Below, piece after piece: positions 31,727 to 50,600 of a DNA stretch of 56,812 nucleotides (position 1 is the stretch's first letter; every line of letters starts with the position of its first letter). This DNA is from Macrostomum lignano (lineage: Eukaryota). A model generated the notes under the pieces. That model was given only the letters and a program-made list of their open reading frames with translations, was not told the origin of the DNA and did no database searches. The DNA lies in the NCBI GenBank assembly GCA_002269645.1, contig NIVC01003712.1, forward strand, positions 24,335 through 81,146, in the 5' to 3' direction. The position numbers and the translations under genes are program-made.

Positions 31727-32247
31727 CAGGCTTAGCCAGGAGCTTAATTTTAATTTGAAAGGGTGCCATTTCCTTTTTGTGAGGGCGCCATTTCATTTGT
31801 GTGAGGGCGCCATTTATTTGTTCGGGGCGCCATTTATTTGTGTGAGGGCGCCATTTCATTTGTGTGAGGGCGCCATTTCATTTGTGTGAGGGCGCCATTT
31901 CATTTGTGTGAGGTCGCCATTTCATTTGTATGAGGGCGCCATTTCATTTGTATGAGGGCGCCATTTCATTTGTATGAGGGCGCCATTTCATTTGTGTGAG
32001 GACGCCATTTTATTTGTGTGAGGGCGCCATTTCATTTGTGTGAGGTCTCCATTTTATTTGTGTGAGGGCGCCATTTTATTTGTGTGAGGGCGCCATGTTA
32101 TTTGTGTGAGGACGCCATTTCATTTGTGTGAGGACGCCATTTCATTTGTGAGGGCGCCTTTTCATTTGTGTGAGGGCGCCATTTATTTGTTCGGGGGCAC
32201 CATTTCATTTGTGTGAGGGCGCCATTTCACTTGAGAGGGCGCCCCTG
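31727..32247. mobile_element. hAT-like MITE (521 bp) filled with a 22-bp tandem repeat (GAGGGCGCCATTTCATTTGTGT)
   Basis: Perfect 8-bp direct repeat CTATGGTA at 31719-31726 and 32248-32255 flanking CAGG...CCTG termini. An 8-bp TSD with CAG ends is typical of hAT elements. The TIRs are degenerate beyond 4 bp. Confidence 0.7.
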
Positions 32248-33586
32248 CTATGGTATGCAACGCACTGCTTGTACCATCACTATATATTCAGTTTAAATTA
32301 TTAAATCAAACAAAAAGAAAAGTAAAGTTTCATAATTAAAACCGCAACCACCCGTGCAGGCTCGGAGCTGCTACAAAACCAGCAGGCAGGTTTGGGGTCA
32401 CGTGATCATTGCGCTTATCATCGGCGTGCTCGATGGAATTTGTTTGTAAACTTATACAATTTGAACTGTAATTAATGTTGTGTGCAAAAGCTATTCATTA
32501 ATTAGTTGCTGTGTTAATTTTTGTCAAATAAAACCCATTTGTCTTCCGTGTTGTCAATCATTTTAAAGTCCATGCCGCACTTGTTGACCACCCTGTTCGC
32601 CCACGTCACTGTCTGTCTCGCTCCGATCAAGAATTCCGATCAAAGAGCTATTTGATTCCATTACTGTAGCTGTTATTACTCGGATTGCACATAAATACTT
32701 GGATTCATATTCACTTGTCTTTGTCGTGTACTTTCAGTGAGTAGTGTATACGGGTTTTATTTTCAAACTGTCTGTATTATTGTATTCCCTGTTTCTATTT
32801 TTGACACCTCCGTGTGGAACGGGCTCAAGTTTTTTTCGTCGCATTGTTATTATTATTAATTTTGTTAATGTTATTGTTATTATAAATATTATTATTAAGA
32901 TTTTTGACTGTTGTTTTTTATTACCAAGCCGCACATTTTTGTCCCCTCTGTCAAAATCTTACTTTGCAAGGCTGGTCGCTTTCTTAATTACATATATACT
33001 GATATAATAAATGTATTGCACACATTCCACAGTGGAAAGTATATTCATTTTGATTTTACTGATGAAAAAAATCATGAAAAAAGCTAGCGATACTTTTTAT
33101 TTACTTGTTTACTGTTACTTTTTTTCCGTGTCTGCAAGTACATCTGTACTATAAAGGTACACCTGTACTTATAAAAGTGCACCTGTACTTTATCAGGTCG
33201 TATAAAAGTGCAAAAAGAAGAAACGAGCTCCGCATAAGTTTAGGAATTAGCAGTACACGAAATTGCAATAACCGTCTGGAAAAAGTACATTGCGACGGAT
33301 AAGTCTTACCCAATGTTGAAATTATCGCTTGGAGAAGGGAGGCTGGGAATCTTCGCAGTTTTTACACTTTTATTTAAAAACAGTTTTTATAAATATGGAA
33401 CTTCTTATCCTTAAAGACTTGAATATTAGCTGTATATGTATAGCATTCTATGCGGAAATTTCCACTGCTAAAGTGCATATCGACATTGCCTCTTGGATAC
33501 AGGAAATAGAATAAAATACAAAGACAAGAATCCAGTTAGTGGGTGATATGTTGAATTGCCATCAAAATTTTTTAGCTTGATCGTGT

Positions 33587-38458
<4,872 letters not shown>

Positions 38459-38769
38459 CTGCGCGGGATTGCGGCGGATTGCCTGCTGCTTGCATGCTAC
38501 TATCAGTAGGAATACCAAGCCTTTTTTGCACCCGTAAAACTAACCGAGAGGGAATTCCACCCTCAAACATTTTTTCTTGCTGCGCGGGAGCGGAGCAACG
38601 CGGGCACACGAAATTCAAACACAGGAAAAAAATTGTTGCGCACCTTCTCAAACAAGAATCTTGTCGCCAGCCCTATGGACCGTCGAGATGTTCAACAATT
38701 CTACCTGGTCGGATTCTTCCTACAAGCGCTAGTTCCATTGTTCTCTTGTCTCCACTTCCCTCTCTTTGT

Positions 38770-39600
38770 CTCTCCTCCACCACACTCTCCCCTCCTGTCT
38801 CTCCCCCCGCCTCACTCTCACTCTCCCCTCCTGTCTCTCCCCCCCGCCTCACCCTCCCCTCCTGTCTCTCTCCCCGTCTCACTCTCCCCTCCTGTCTCTC
38901 TCCCCCGTCTCACTCTCCCCTCCTGTCTCTCTCCCCCGTCTCACTCTCCCCTCCTGTCTCTCTCCCCCGTCTCACTCTCCCCTCCTGTCTCTCTCCCCCG
39001 TCTCACTCTCCCCTCCTGTCTCTCCCCCCCGCCTCACTCTCACTCTCCCTCCTGTCTCTCCCCCCGCCTCACCCTCCCCTCCTGTCTCTCTCCCCCGTCT
39101 CACTCTCCCCTCCTGTCTCTCTCCCCCGTCTCACTCTCCCTCCTGTCTCTCTCCCCCGTCTCACTCTCCCCTCCTGTCTCTCTCCCCCGCCTCACTCTCC
39201 CCTCCTGTCTCTCTCCCCCGTCTCACCCTCCCCTCCTGTCTCTCTCCCCCGCCTCACTCTCCCCTCCTGTCTCTCTCCCCCGCCTCACTCTCCCCTCCTG
39301 TCTCTCTCCCCCGCCTCACTCTCCCCTCCTGTCTCTTTCCCCCGTCTCACTCTCCCCTCCTGTCTCTCTCCCCCGCCTCACCCTCCCCTCCTGTCTCTCT
39401 CCCCCGTCTCACTCTCCCCTCCTGTCTCTCTCCCCCGCCTCACTCTCCCCTCCTGTCTTTCTCTCCCGCCTCACTCTCCCCTCCTGTCACCCTCCCCGCC
39501 TCACTCTCCCCTCCTGTCACCCTCCCCGCCTCACTCTCCCCTCCTGTCACCCTCCCCGCCTCACTCTCCCTTCCTGTCTCTCTCCCCCGCCTCACCCTCT
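38770..39600. repeat. 29-31-bp pyrimidine-rich repeat (CTCACTCTCCCCTCCTGTCTCTCTCCCCCGT)
   Basis: Direct inspection. Confidence 0.9.
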
Positions 39601-40019
39601 CCAGCCTCCCTAATTTTTCCTCTCCGCGCCAAAATCCGCCCTCATCAGTTCTGTCATCATTTTCCAATCAGCAAAATAATTCCCAGAGCGCAAATCTTCT
39701 ATCAGCAGAAATCGAGCAGAATTGGTTTTTGAATAAATCAGGCATTAATCTGCATCCCGCTGAGGCTGTCAGCTTCAGCTGGGCGCCGAAGACCAGCGTT
39801 TCCTGGAATCCCATGAGGATTAGGGGTTGAGGGCCGCAGCAGGCATACGCTCCGATGCAAAGGCCAATCTGAAGGATGCCCAAGTTTTAATAAAAATTAT
39901 TGGGAAAAAGCAAAAGATCGCAGCCGGCTTTTTGAGGAGCCATTCTTTCCCAGGAGAGCTGAAACCGGAATGCTAAGTGGCCGCCAGCTCCCGAAACCTT
40001 CATCTCCCTCTCCTCCACT

Positions 40020-40480
40020 CTCTCCTATCCTCCTGTCACCTCTCCCCCTGTCACCTCTAGCCCAGTCTCCTCTCCCCTGTCTGCTCTCCCCCAGGTCTCC
40101 CCTGTCTTCTCTCCCCTGTCTTCTCTCCCCTGTCTTCTCTCCCCTGTCTTCTCTCCCCTGTCTTCTCTCCCCTGTCTTCTCTCCCCTGTCTCCTCTCCCC
40201 CTGTCTTCTCTCCCCTGTCTCCTCTCCCCCTGTCTCCTCTCCCCTGTCTTCTCTCCCCCAGTCTCCTCTCCTCCTGTCTCCTCTCCCCCGTCTCCTCTCC
40301 CCCAGTCTCCTCTCCCCCAGTCTCCTCTCCTCATGTCTCCTCTCCCCACGACTCCTTTCCCCTGTCTCCTCTCCCCCAGTCTCCTCTCCCCCAGTCTCCT
40401 CTCCTCCTGTCTCCTCTCCCCACGACTCCTCTCCCCTGTCTCCTCTCCCCCAGTCTTTATCTCCTACTACTCGTACTTCT
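40020..40480. repeat. ~15-16-bp pyrimidine-rich repeat (CTCCCCTGTCTT/CTCCT variants)
   Basis: Direct inspection. Confidence 0.85.
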
Positions 40481-41560
40481 GTCTCGATCTTCTTTCCCAC
40501 TCCTGTCTCCATCACCACAAGCTCATCTTCTGATTGAACTAGATTGAAGGTGTGCCACCTTAGCAGGTCGAAGTGCATTAATTGCTCAATATTTCGAAAT
40601 TATTTTTGATTTCTTTGAGTACAGTTTTGCAACACATAAAACCCTAAAAATGTTAAACTATTGTAAACTACTTAGATGCTACGTATTTTAGTTACATATG
40701 TCCTATGTGACTAATTAATTATAATTTACCATTCATTAATTTTTTAATCACAAAGTTCTATTAAATAGACTCAAAAAATCAAACTGAGACACATGAATTA
40801 ACATCATATACTAAGGTCCAAGAAATAATACTCATAATAAATATCTTGGACATTTGGACTTACGAAAAATAATCTTGCAATTAACAACGAAATTAGTTAA
40901 AAAAAATTTTCGCCGCTCCGATTCTGTTCACTGTAATTTGAAATGAGATTTTCCTAGAAATTCAGCATTTCAAATGTACAGTTTAACGCCCACAGGTACG
41001 TGAAACCACCGGATGCGACTTTGCAGTGAAATGCTTTGCCATTTGATACAAGTTACCCAACATTAGGTAGCCTGATCATTTAGCTAAATCCATAATTAGG
41101 CACAGCAGCTTTCAAAACTCCGAAAAAACGAATTAATCAATAAATATGTAAACTATTATATGAGAAAAATACTGCCGTGTCTAAAACAAAAAGCGTCGAG
41201 CATTTAACTAACCTCACACAGTGCAATGAGAATTAAAAACAAAGATATTTTTATGGAAACTTTACACCATTTTTTACACTGTAAATTTTTTTACACTGTG
41301 AAAGGTTAATCAATGCTACTCACACTTTTAGGGACTTTCACTGCACATTTTGTGGGCGGTGCTGCGCGCAATAATAGTTTCGCAAATTTGTATCAAAACC
41401 GCCAAACGGCAAACATGCGCGCAGTACCCACTCAATAGAGTGTTCGTTTTTGGAAAGAATATTTAAATTGTAACTCGAGCAGACATTAGCTTTTTAAGTG
41501 CTTTGCTTATGAGAATTCAGCAGCCACTGCAACGCAAATTACGCAATTTATCGTAAATAA

Positions 41561-44500
41561 TTGGATGGTTGTTGACTGGACGTATGGTTGTGACTGGATT
41601 GTTGCTGACTGGATGGTTGCTGACTGGATGGACGGTTGCTGACTGGATGGTTGCTGACTGGACGTATGGTTGTGACTGGATTGTTGCTGACTGGAATGGT
41701 TGCTGACTGGACGGATGGTTGCTGACTGGATGGTTGCTGACTGGACGTATGGTTGTGACTGGATTGTTGCTGACTGGATGGTTGCTAACTGGATGGACGG
41801 TTGCTCACTGGATGGCTGCTGACTCGATGGCTGCTGACTAGATGGCTGCTGACTGGATGGTTGCTGACTGGATGTATGGTTGTGACTGGATTGTTGCTGA
41901 CTGGATTGTTGCTGACTGGATGGACTGTTGTTGACTGGATGGTTGCTGACTGGATGGATGTTTGCTGACTGGATGGTTGCTGACTGGATGGTTGCTGACT
42001 GGATGGTCGCTGACTGGATGGTTGTTGACTGGATGGGTGCTGACTGGATGGATGGTTGCTGACTGGATGGATGTTTGCTGACTGGATGGCTGCTGACAGG
42101 ATGGCTGCTGACTGGATGGTTGCTGACTGGATTGTTGCTGACTCGATGGATGGTTGCTGACTAGATGGTTGCTGCCTGGATGGTTTCCGACTGGATGGAT
42201 GTTTGCTGACTGGATGGTTGCTGACTGGACGGATGGTTGTGACTGGATTGTTGCTGACTGGATGGACGGTTGCTGACTGGATGGTTGCTGACTGGATGGT
42301 TGCTGACTGGATTGTTCCTGACTGGATTGTTGCTGACTGGACGGACGGTTGCTGACTGGATGGTTGCTGACTGGATGTATGGTTGTGACTGGATTGTTGC
42401 TGACTGGATTGTTGCTGACTGGATGGACGGTTGCTGACTGGATGGTTGCTGACTGGATGTATGGTTGTGACTGGATTGTTGCTGACTGGATGGATGGTTG
42501 CTGACTGGATGGACTGTTGTTGACTGGATGGTTGCTGACTGGATGGATGTTTGCTGACTGGATGGTTGCTGACTGGATGGTTGCTGACTGGATGGTTGCT
42601 GACTGGATGGTCGCTGACTGGATGGTTGTTGACTGGATGGTTGCTGACTGGATGGACGGTTGTTGACTGGATGGTTGCTGACTGGATGGATGATTGCTGA
42701 CTGGATGGTTGCTGACTGGACGGTTGCTGACTGGATGGATGGTTGCTGACTGGATAGTTGCTGACTGGATGGACGGTTGCTGACTGGATTGTTGCTGACT
42801 GGATTGTTGCTGACTGGATGGACGGTTGCTGACTGGATGGTTGCTGACTGGATGTATGGTTGTGACTGGATTGTTGCTGACTGGATTGTTGCTGACTGGA
42901 TTGTTGCTGACTGGATGATTGGTTGCTGACTTGATAGACTGTTGTTGACTGGATGGTTGCTGACTGGATGGATGTTTGCTGACTGGATGGTTGCTGACTG
43001 GATGGTTGCTGACTGGATGGTCGCTGACTGGATGGTTGTTGACTGGATGGGTGCTGACTGGATGGACGGTTGCTGACTGGATGAATGTTTGCTGACTGGA
43101 TGGCTGCTGACAGGATGGCTGCTGACTGGATGGTTGCTGACTGGACGGATGGTTGCTGACTGGATGGTTGCTAACTGGATGGACGGTTGCTCACTGGATG
43201 GCTGCTGACTCGATGGCTGCTGACTAGATGGCTGCTGACTGGATGGTTGCTGACTGGATGTATGGTTGTGACTGGATTGTTGCTGACTGGATTGTTGCTG
43301 ACTGGATGGACTGTTGTTGACTGGATGGTTGCTGACTGGATGGATGTTTGCTGACTGGATGGTTGCTGACTGGATGGTTGCTGACTGGATGGTCGCTGAC
43401 TGGATGGTTGTTGACTGGATGGGTGCTGACTGGATGGATGGTTGCTGACTGGATGAATGTTTGCTGACTGGATGGCTGCTGACAGGATGGCTGCTGACAG
43501 GATGGTTGCTGACTGGACGGTTGCTGACTCGATGGATGGTTGCTGACTAGATGGTTGCTGCCTGGATGGTTTCCGACTGGATGGATGTTTGCTGACTGGA
43601 TGGTTGCTGACTGGACGGATGGTTGTGACTGGATTGTTGCTGACTGGATGGACGGTTGCTGACTGGATGGTTGCTGACTGGATGGTTGCTGACTGGATTG
43701 TTCCTGACTGGATTGTTGCTGACTGGATGGACGGTTGCTGACTGGATGTTTGCTGACTGGATGTATGGTTGTGACTGGATTGTTGCTGACTGGATTGTTG
43801 CTGACTGGATGGACGGTTGCTGACTGGATGGTTGCTGACTGGATGTATGGTTGTGACTGGATTGTTGCTGACTGGATGGATGGTTGCTGACTGGATGGAC
43901 TGTTGTTGACTGGATGGTTGCTGACTGGATGGATGTTTGCTGACTGGATGGTTGCTGACTGGATGGTTGCTGACTGGATGGTTGCTGACTGGATGGTCGC
44001 TGACTGGATGGTTGTTGACTGGATGGTTGCTGACTGGATGGACGGTTGTTGACTGGATGGTTGCTGACTGGATGGATGATTGCTGACTGGATGGTTGCTG
44101 ACTGGACGGTTGCTGACTGGATGGATGGTTGCTGACTGGATAGTTGCTGACTGGATGGACGGTTGCTGACTGGATTGTTGCTGACTGGATTGTTGCTGAC
44201 TGGATGGACGGTTGCTGACTGGATGGTTGCTGACTGGATGTATGGTTGTGACTGGATTGTTGCTGACTGGATTGTTGCTGACTGGATTGTTGCTGACTGG
44301 ATGATTGGTTGCTGACTTGATGGACTGTTGTTGACTGGATGGTTGCTGACTGGATGGATGTTTGCTGACTGGATGGTTGCTGACTGGATGGATGTTTGCT
44401 GACTGGATGGTTGCTGACTGGATGGTTGCTGACTGGATGGTCGCTGACTGGATGGTTGTTGACTGGATGGGTGCTGACTGGATGGATGGTTGCTGACTGG

Positions 44501-47500
44501 ATGAATGTTTGCTGACTGGATGGCTGCTGACAGGATGGCTGCTGACTGGATGGTTGCTGACTGGACGGTTGCTGACTCGATGGATGGTTGCTGACTAGAT
44601 GGTTGCTGCCTGGATGGTTTCCGACTGGATGGATGTTTGCTGACTGGATGGTTGCTGACTGGACGGATGGTTGTGACTGGATTGTTGCTGACTGGATGGA
44701 CGGTTGCTGACTGGATGGTTGCTGACTGGATGGTTGCTGACTGGATTGTTCCTGACTGGATTGTTGCTGACTGGATGGACGGTTGCTGACTGGATGGTTG
44801 CTGACTGGATGTATGGTTGTGACTGGATTGTTGCTGACTGGATTGTTGCTGACTGGATGGACGGTTGCTGACTGGATGGTTGCTGACTGGATGTATGGTT
44901 GTGACTGGATTGTTGCTGACTGGATGGATGGTTGCTGACTGGATGGACTGTTGTTGACTGGATGGTTGCTGACTGGATGGATGTTTGCTGACTGGATGGT
45001 TGCTGACTGGATGGTTGCTGACTGGATGGTTGCTGACTGGATGGTCGCTGACTGGATGGTTGTTGACTGGATGGTTGCTGACTGGATGGACGGTTGTTGA
45101 CTGGATGGTTGCTGACTGGATGGATGATTGCTGACTGGATGGTTGCTGACTGGACGGTTGCTGACTGGATGGATGGTTGCTGACTGGATAGTTGCTGACT
45201 GGATGGACGGTTGCTGACTGGATTGTTGCTGACTGGATTGTTGCTGACTGGATGGACGGTTGCTGACTGGATGTATGGTTGTGACTGGATTGTTGCTGAC
45301 TGGATTGTTGCTGACTGGATTGTTGCTGACTGGATGATTGGTTGCTGACTTGATGGACTGTTGTTGACTGGATGGTTGCTGACTGGATGGATGTTTGCTG
45401 ACTGGATGGTTGCTGACTGGATGGTTGCTGACTGGATGGTCGCTGACTGGATGGTTGTTGACTGGATGGGTGCTGACTGGATGGACGGTTGCTGACTGGA
45501 TGGCTGCTGACTGGATGGCTGCTGACAGGATGGCTGCTGACTGGATGGTTGCTGACTGGACGGATGGTTGCTGACTGGATGGTTGCTGACTGGATGTATG
45601 GTTGTGACTGGATTGTTGCTGACTGGATGGATGGTTGCTGACTGGATGGACTGTTGTTGACTGGATGGTTGCTGACTGGATGGATGTTTGCTGACTGGAT
45701 GGACTGTTGTTGACTGGATGGTTGCTGACTGGATGGTTGCTGACTGGATGGTCGCTGACTGGATGGTTGTTGACTGGACGGTTGCTGACTGGATGGATGG
45801 TTGCTGACTGGATAGTTGCTGACTGGATGGACGGTTGCTGACTGGATTGTTGCTGACTGGATTGTTGCTGACTGGATGGACGGTTGCTGACTGGATGGTT
45901 GCTGACTGGATGTATGGTTGTGACTGGATTGTTGCTGACTGGATTGTTGCTGACTGGATTGTTGCTGACTGGATGATTGGTTGCTGACTTGATGGACTGT
46001 TGTTGACTGGATGGTTGCTGACTGGATGGATGTTTGCTGACTGGATGGTTGCTGACTGGATGGTTGCTGACTGGATGGTCGCTGACTGGATGGTTGTTGA
46101 CTGGATGGGTGCTGACTGGATGGACGGTTGCTGACTGGATGGCTGCTGACTGGATGGCTGCTGACAGGATGGCTGCTGACTGGATGGTTGCTGACTGGAC
46201 GGATGGTTGCTGACTGGATGGTTGCTGACTGGATGTATGGTTGTGACTGGATTGTTGCTGACTGGATGGATGGTTGCTGACTGGATGGACTGTTGTTGAC
46301 TGGATGGTTGCTGACTGGATGGATGTTTGCTGACTGGATGGACTGTTGTTGACTGGATGGTTGCTGACTGGATGGTTGCTGACTGGATGGTCGCTGACTG
46401 GATGGTTGTTGACTGGATGGGTGCTGACTGGATGGACGGTTGCTGACTGGATGGCTGCTGACTGGATGGCTGCTGACAGGATGGCTGCTGACTGGATGGT
46501 TGCTGACTGGACGGATGGTTGCTGACTGGATGGTTGCTGACTGGATGGTTGCTGACTGGATTGTTGCTGACTGGATGGATGGTTGCTGGACGAATGGTTG
46601 CTGACTGGATGGTTGCTGACTGGATGGTTGCTGACTGGATGGTTGCTGAATGGATGGATGGTTGCTGACTGGATGGTTGCTGACTGGATGGTTGCTGACT
46701 GGACGTATGGTTGTGACTGGATGGTTGCCGACTGGATGGTCGCTGACTGGACGGATGATTGCTGACTGGACGGATGGTTGCTGACTGGACGGATGGTTGC
46801 TGACTGGATGACTGCTGACTGGATGGTTGTGACTGGATGGTTGCTGACTGGATGATTGCTGACTGGATTGTTGCTGACTGGATGGACGGTTGCTGACTGG
46901 ATGACTGCTGACTGGACGGATGCTGACTGGATGGTTGCTGACTGGATGGTTGCTGACTGGATGGATGCTGACTGGACGAATGGTTGCTGACTGGATGGAT
47001 GTTTGCTGACTGGATGGTTGCTGACTGGATTGTTGCTGACTGGATGGATGGTTGCTGGACGAATGGTTGCTGACTGGATGGTTGCTGACTGGATGGTTGC
47101 TGACTGGATGGTTGCTGAATGGATGGATGGTTGCTGACTGGATGGTTGCTGACTGGATGGTTGCTGACTGGACGTATGGTTGTGACTGGATGGTTGCCGA
47201 CTGGATGGTCGCTGACTGGACGGATGATTGCTGACTGGACGGATGGTTGCTGACTGGACGGACGGTTGCTGACTGGATGACTGCTGACTGGATGGTTGTG
47301 ACTGGATGGTTGCTGACTGGATGATTGCTGACTGGATTGTTGCTGACTGGATGGACGGTTGCTGACTGGATGGCTGCTGACTGGACGGATGCTGACTGGA
47401 TGGTTGCTGACTGGATGGTTGCTGACTGGATGGATGCTGACTGGACGAATGGTTGCTGACTGGATGGATGTTTGCTGACTGGATGGTTGCTGACTGGATG

Positions 47501-47575
47501 GTTGCTGACTGGATTGTTGCTGACTGACGGCTGCTGACTGGACGGATGCTGACTGGATGGATAGTTGCTGACTAA
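41561..47575. repeat. ~6-kb satellite of 15-bp (GACTGGATGGTTGCT) and 19-bp variant monomers with higher-order repeats
   Basis: Diagnostic variants recur: TTCCGACTGG near 42185, 43571 and 44620, and an identical 60-aa pseudo-ORF at 46583 and 47052 (469-bp duplication). Confidence 0.97.
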
Positions 47576-47601
47576 ATAGTTGCCGACTTTAGAATAGCAA
47601 G

Positions 47602-50600
47602 TTAGCGGCTATCAGAATTCGCGGATGAGCACATTCTCAGCAAACGCTTTTGCTCATGCAACTGCGTCTGCACTTTTTGTGCAGAAAAAAGGCTCACGAA
47701 ATTGTTGTAATCGCAACTTGATACTCGCAAATCTGCAAATGCACGAACTCTACTCACCGCAGTATAAAATAATCCAGCTGGAATAGCTTTCCTGGCGCCT
47801 CCTTTGCTAAACGCCACGTACGCTTTTGGAATTGTAAGTCCTTGGCTCTTGTGAATCGTACTAGCCCAAGCCAATCGTAGTGGAAATTGTTGACGCGACA
47901 ATTGGGCTCCTCCTTTAAACTTTTCATTCGTTACTGACAGAATTGGCACTACACGAATTGCACGATTATCTTGTACAATTGCCCCCATTGCTGGGCCAGA
48001 ATAATTGTCAAATTCAACCCAAATACAATCTGGCCAATCCTTTGGTGATTGCCTTCCAGGAGCGTAGCAAATTCCTCGTACAGTTCCAACTGATCCATTC
48101 ACAAGTCCATTGCGTACTGACAGATTTCTAGTTAGCATTACTCGAGCACCAATACACAAATAGAGTCGCTTCTCCAGATTCGTATCCGATTTTTTATGTT
48201 CCTTCTTTTTGCCACACAATTTTGCTTCGTCTCCTTTACAAATTGCGTTAATTTGCCGCACAGGATTCAATTCGGAAACCATCTTTCCCAATAGCATGTA
48301 GTTGCGATTTCTCACATCCTCGTTAGTGTGATATAAAAATGTACACCCGCTTTGGAAACCTTCAGGCAAAAGGTCGGGAGCATAGACGCGACAATTGTTC
48401 ATCAACGAATTCCAGCAGGCTTCGTCGGCCTTGCCTTCGCGAAGTTTATCCAACAACTGGGCGAATTCCGTATCGTTTGCTTGTCGGACTTGTTCTGTCA
48501 GATGCACAACCTTTTTGAACTCCATGTACAATTTATAGCCTTCAGATTTCAATATATCGTGCTTCTTTTGATTTGGATTGTAAACGTACAGTTGCGTGTC
48601 CAAAACTGGAGGCAATTGAAACACGTCGCCAATTAGGATTACAGATCGACCACCAAAACTCTGTTTACTGTGTTCTGGAAACAATTCGCGCAAACGAGCA
48701 TCCACCTTACGGAGTAACCTTTGGCCAAGCATGCTAAATTCGTCAATAAAAATGTAGCGCACATCTTTCCACTGCTCTTGCATCTCCATTAGGGATTTCT
48801 TGCCAACACCAGCACTAAAATTTACATTCAATTTCAAAGCCGAGTGCAAAGTTTCGCCTGCAATATTGAAAGCGGCTACGCCTGTTGATGCCATAATTCT
48901 GCATCTTGATTCTCCAATCAACCGACGCAATGTAGAAATCAAGTAGCTTTTTCCAGTTCCAGCGCTACCATACAAAATTGCTTTGAGAGGCTCCGGCTTT
49001 TCGCCTTGGTTTTCTTCGGCTAGTCTTGAAAGCTGCAAATGACTTTCAATTAGGTTGTACATTTCTCGCTGCCGAACATTAAGCGATTCAACACTGTTTA
49101 TCGGCATGTCAGCGACCTCTCTTGCGCCAAGTTTTAGGTCGCTACTTAAAAACGCCTTTGCTTCTCCAACCGTTGGAAACTGGCCGCCACTAGCTGCGCT
49201 CCAGTCAAAATTTTCTGGCGGCTTTGGCAATTGATCTTCTGGACAGGCCAATAGATTTCTCTCGCGATGAAGTGCCCCCACTGCAACCATCCAATCTTCT
49301 TGCTCTTCGTGCTCATAAGTTGGCTGAGCAGCAGATTGCGCATTTGCGTTGGTCATTTCGGGTAGCTCCGCAACTGCTTCGACTTCTTCGTCAGCTTCGT
49401 CGTTGCGCAAATCGTCCAAATTGGGCAGCTGCAGCTCGCATCGATTCTCAGCAGGCATGGCTTCGTACGCTTGCTGCCAGCTTGTGTGCAAACCTTTGGC
49501 TTCTCGCTCATTTCGCCAACAACTGTACAACAAAACCTGCTGCCGATAATAGCCTTCGCGTCTTTCGTCTGATTGCTCATTCGGTCGAAAAAATGGACTG
49601 ATTAGCAAAACTACTTGTTTCGGCCTTTTTGTGCACCTCCCATTAGGGCTGAGACAGTAGTCGGAAAAGAAACGAAACATTGTTACATTTTCCAAATTCT
49701 TTGCACGCTTTGAATACTTGTCGCAACTATTCCTGCAAACACCCTTTTCCTCCACTGCGCGGGTTTCGCCAGTCTGAACAAAAACAAATTCTCGCGAACC
49801 CTTGTACATTGACGTCTGCAATAGCAAATGCATTGCCTCTTGCGCCGAATAATCACGCGCTCCAACTTGCGCCATCAAGTGTTGTTGTACAACACGCCTT
49901 GCAGTGTTGCTACGCTGAAAATTGTTATCGGCATTCTGTTCTGCATTATCTTCCAACTCCTTATGAAGACGCTTTGTCAGCTCCGCCATATAATCCGACT
50001 CCTTTTCGCTTTTTGTCGCATACTTGATCAAATAGCGAATCAAATTCTTCACGGACGAAATCATTTGAACATCGACATTGGCTCTCCACATGCACAGCAA
50101 CTGCGGACTGTGAGAAATCATTCGCTCGTCGTTGCGCTGCGTCTCAACTTGCCAATTTAAACGGGATACTCGCTTTGCAACAGTCTTTTCCTGCGGCTCG
50201 CGCGGATACTTGAATCGGCACTCTTGTTTGCCTTTTACTGTTCGCAAGCACTTTTTACTGCAAATAGTGTGCCTCTCTGTCAAATGCGAAATTAACTGCA
50301 AATCTTGCTTGTCATTTTCAATCTCTTCCGGTTTCAGTTGAGCTGGATGACCTTGACCTGCTAAACTGCCATTCAAAACTTGATTTCCATAATCCGATTC
50401 GTCCATGGCCAAATTCCAACTACAGATGTACTTGTCAACAAAGCTCGTCAATTCTTCTGCATTCAATGTATTCGATGTCACATCAACACCATCTGGCATC
50501 CAAATGCAACCGTGAACGTGTGGACTTCCGCGACTCTGATATTCTATGCGAAACCAATAATCGTTTACTTTCCAGTGCTCGACCAAAAAACGTTTCAAAC

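Noticed and set aside
39668-40578. Possible upstream exons of the Kazal gene
   Set aside because: Acceptor-like AGs exist (e.g. near 39872), but no phase-compatible Cys-patterned exon could be built.
47602-49000. Stand-alone cellular Pif1 helicase gene, or a Helentron endonuclease fusion
   Set aside because: The helicase is fused to HUH Rep in the same ORF, and the protein stops soon after the last helicase motif with no endonuclease.
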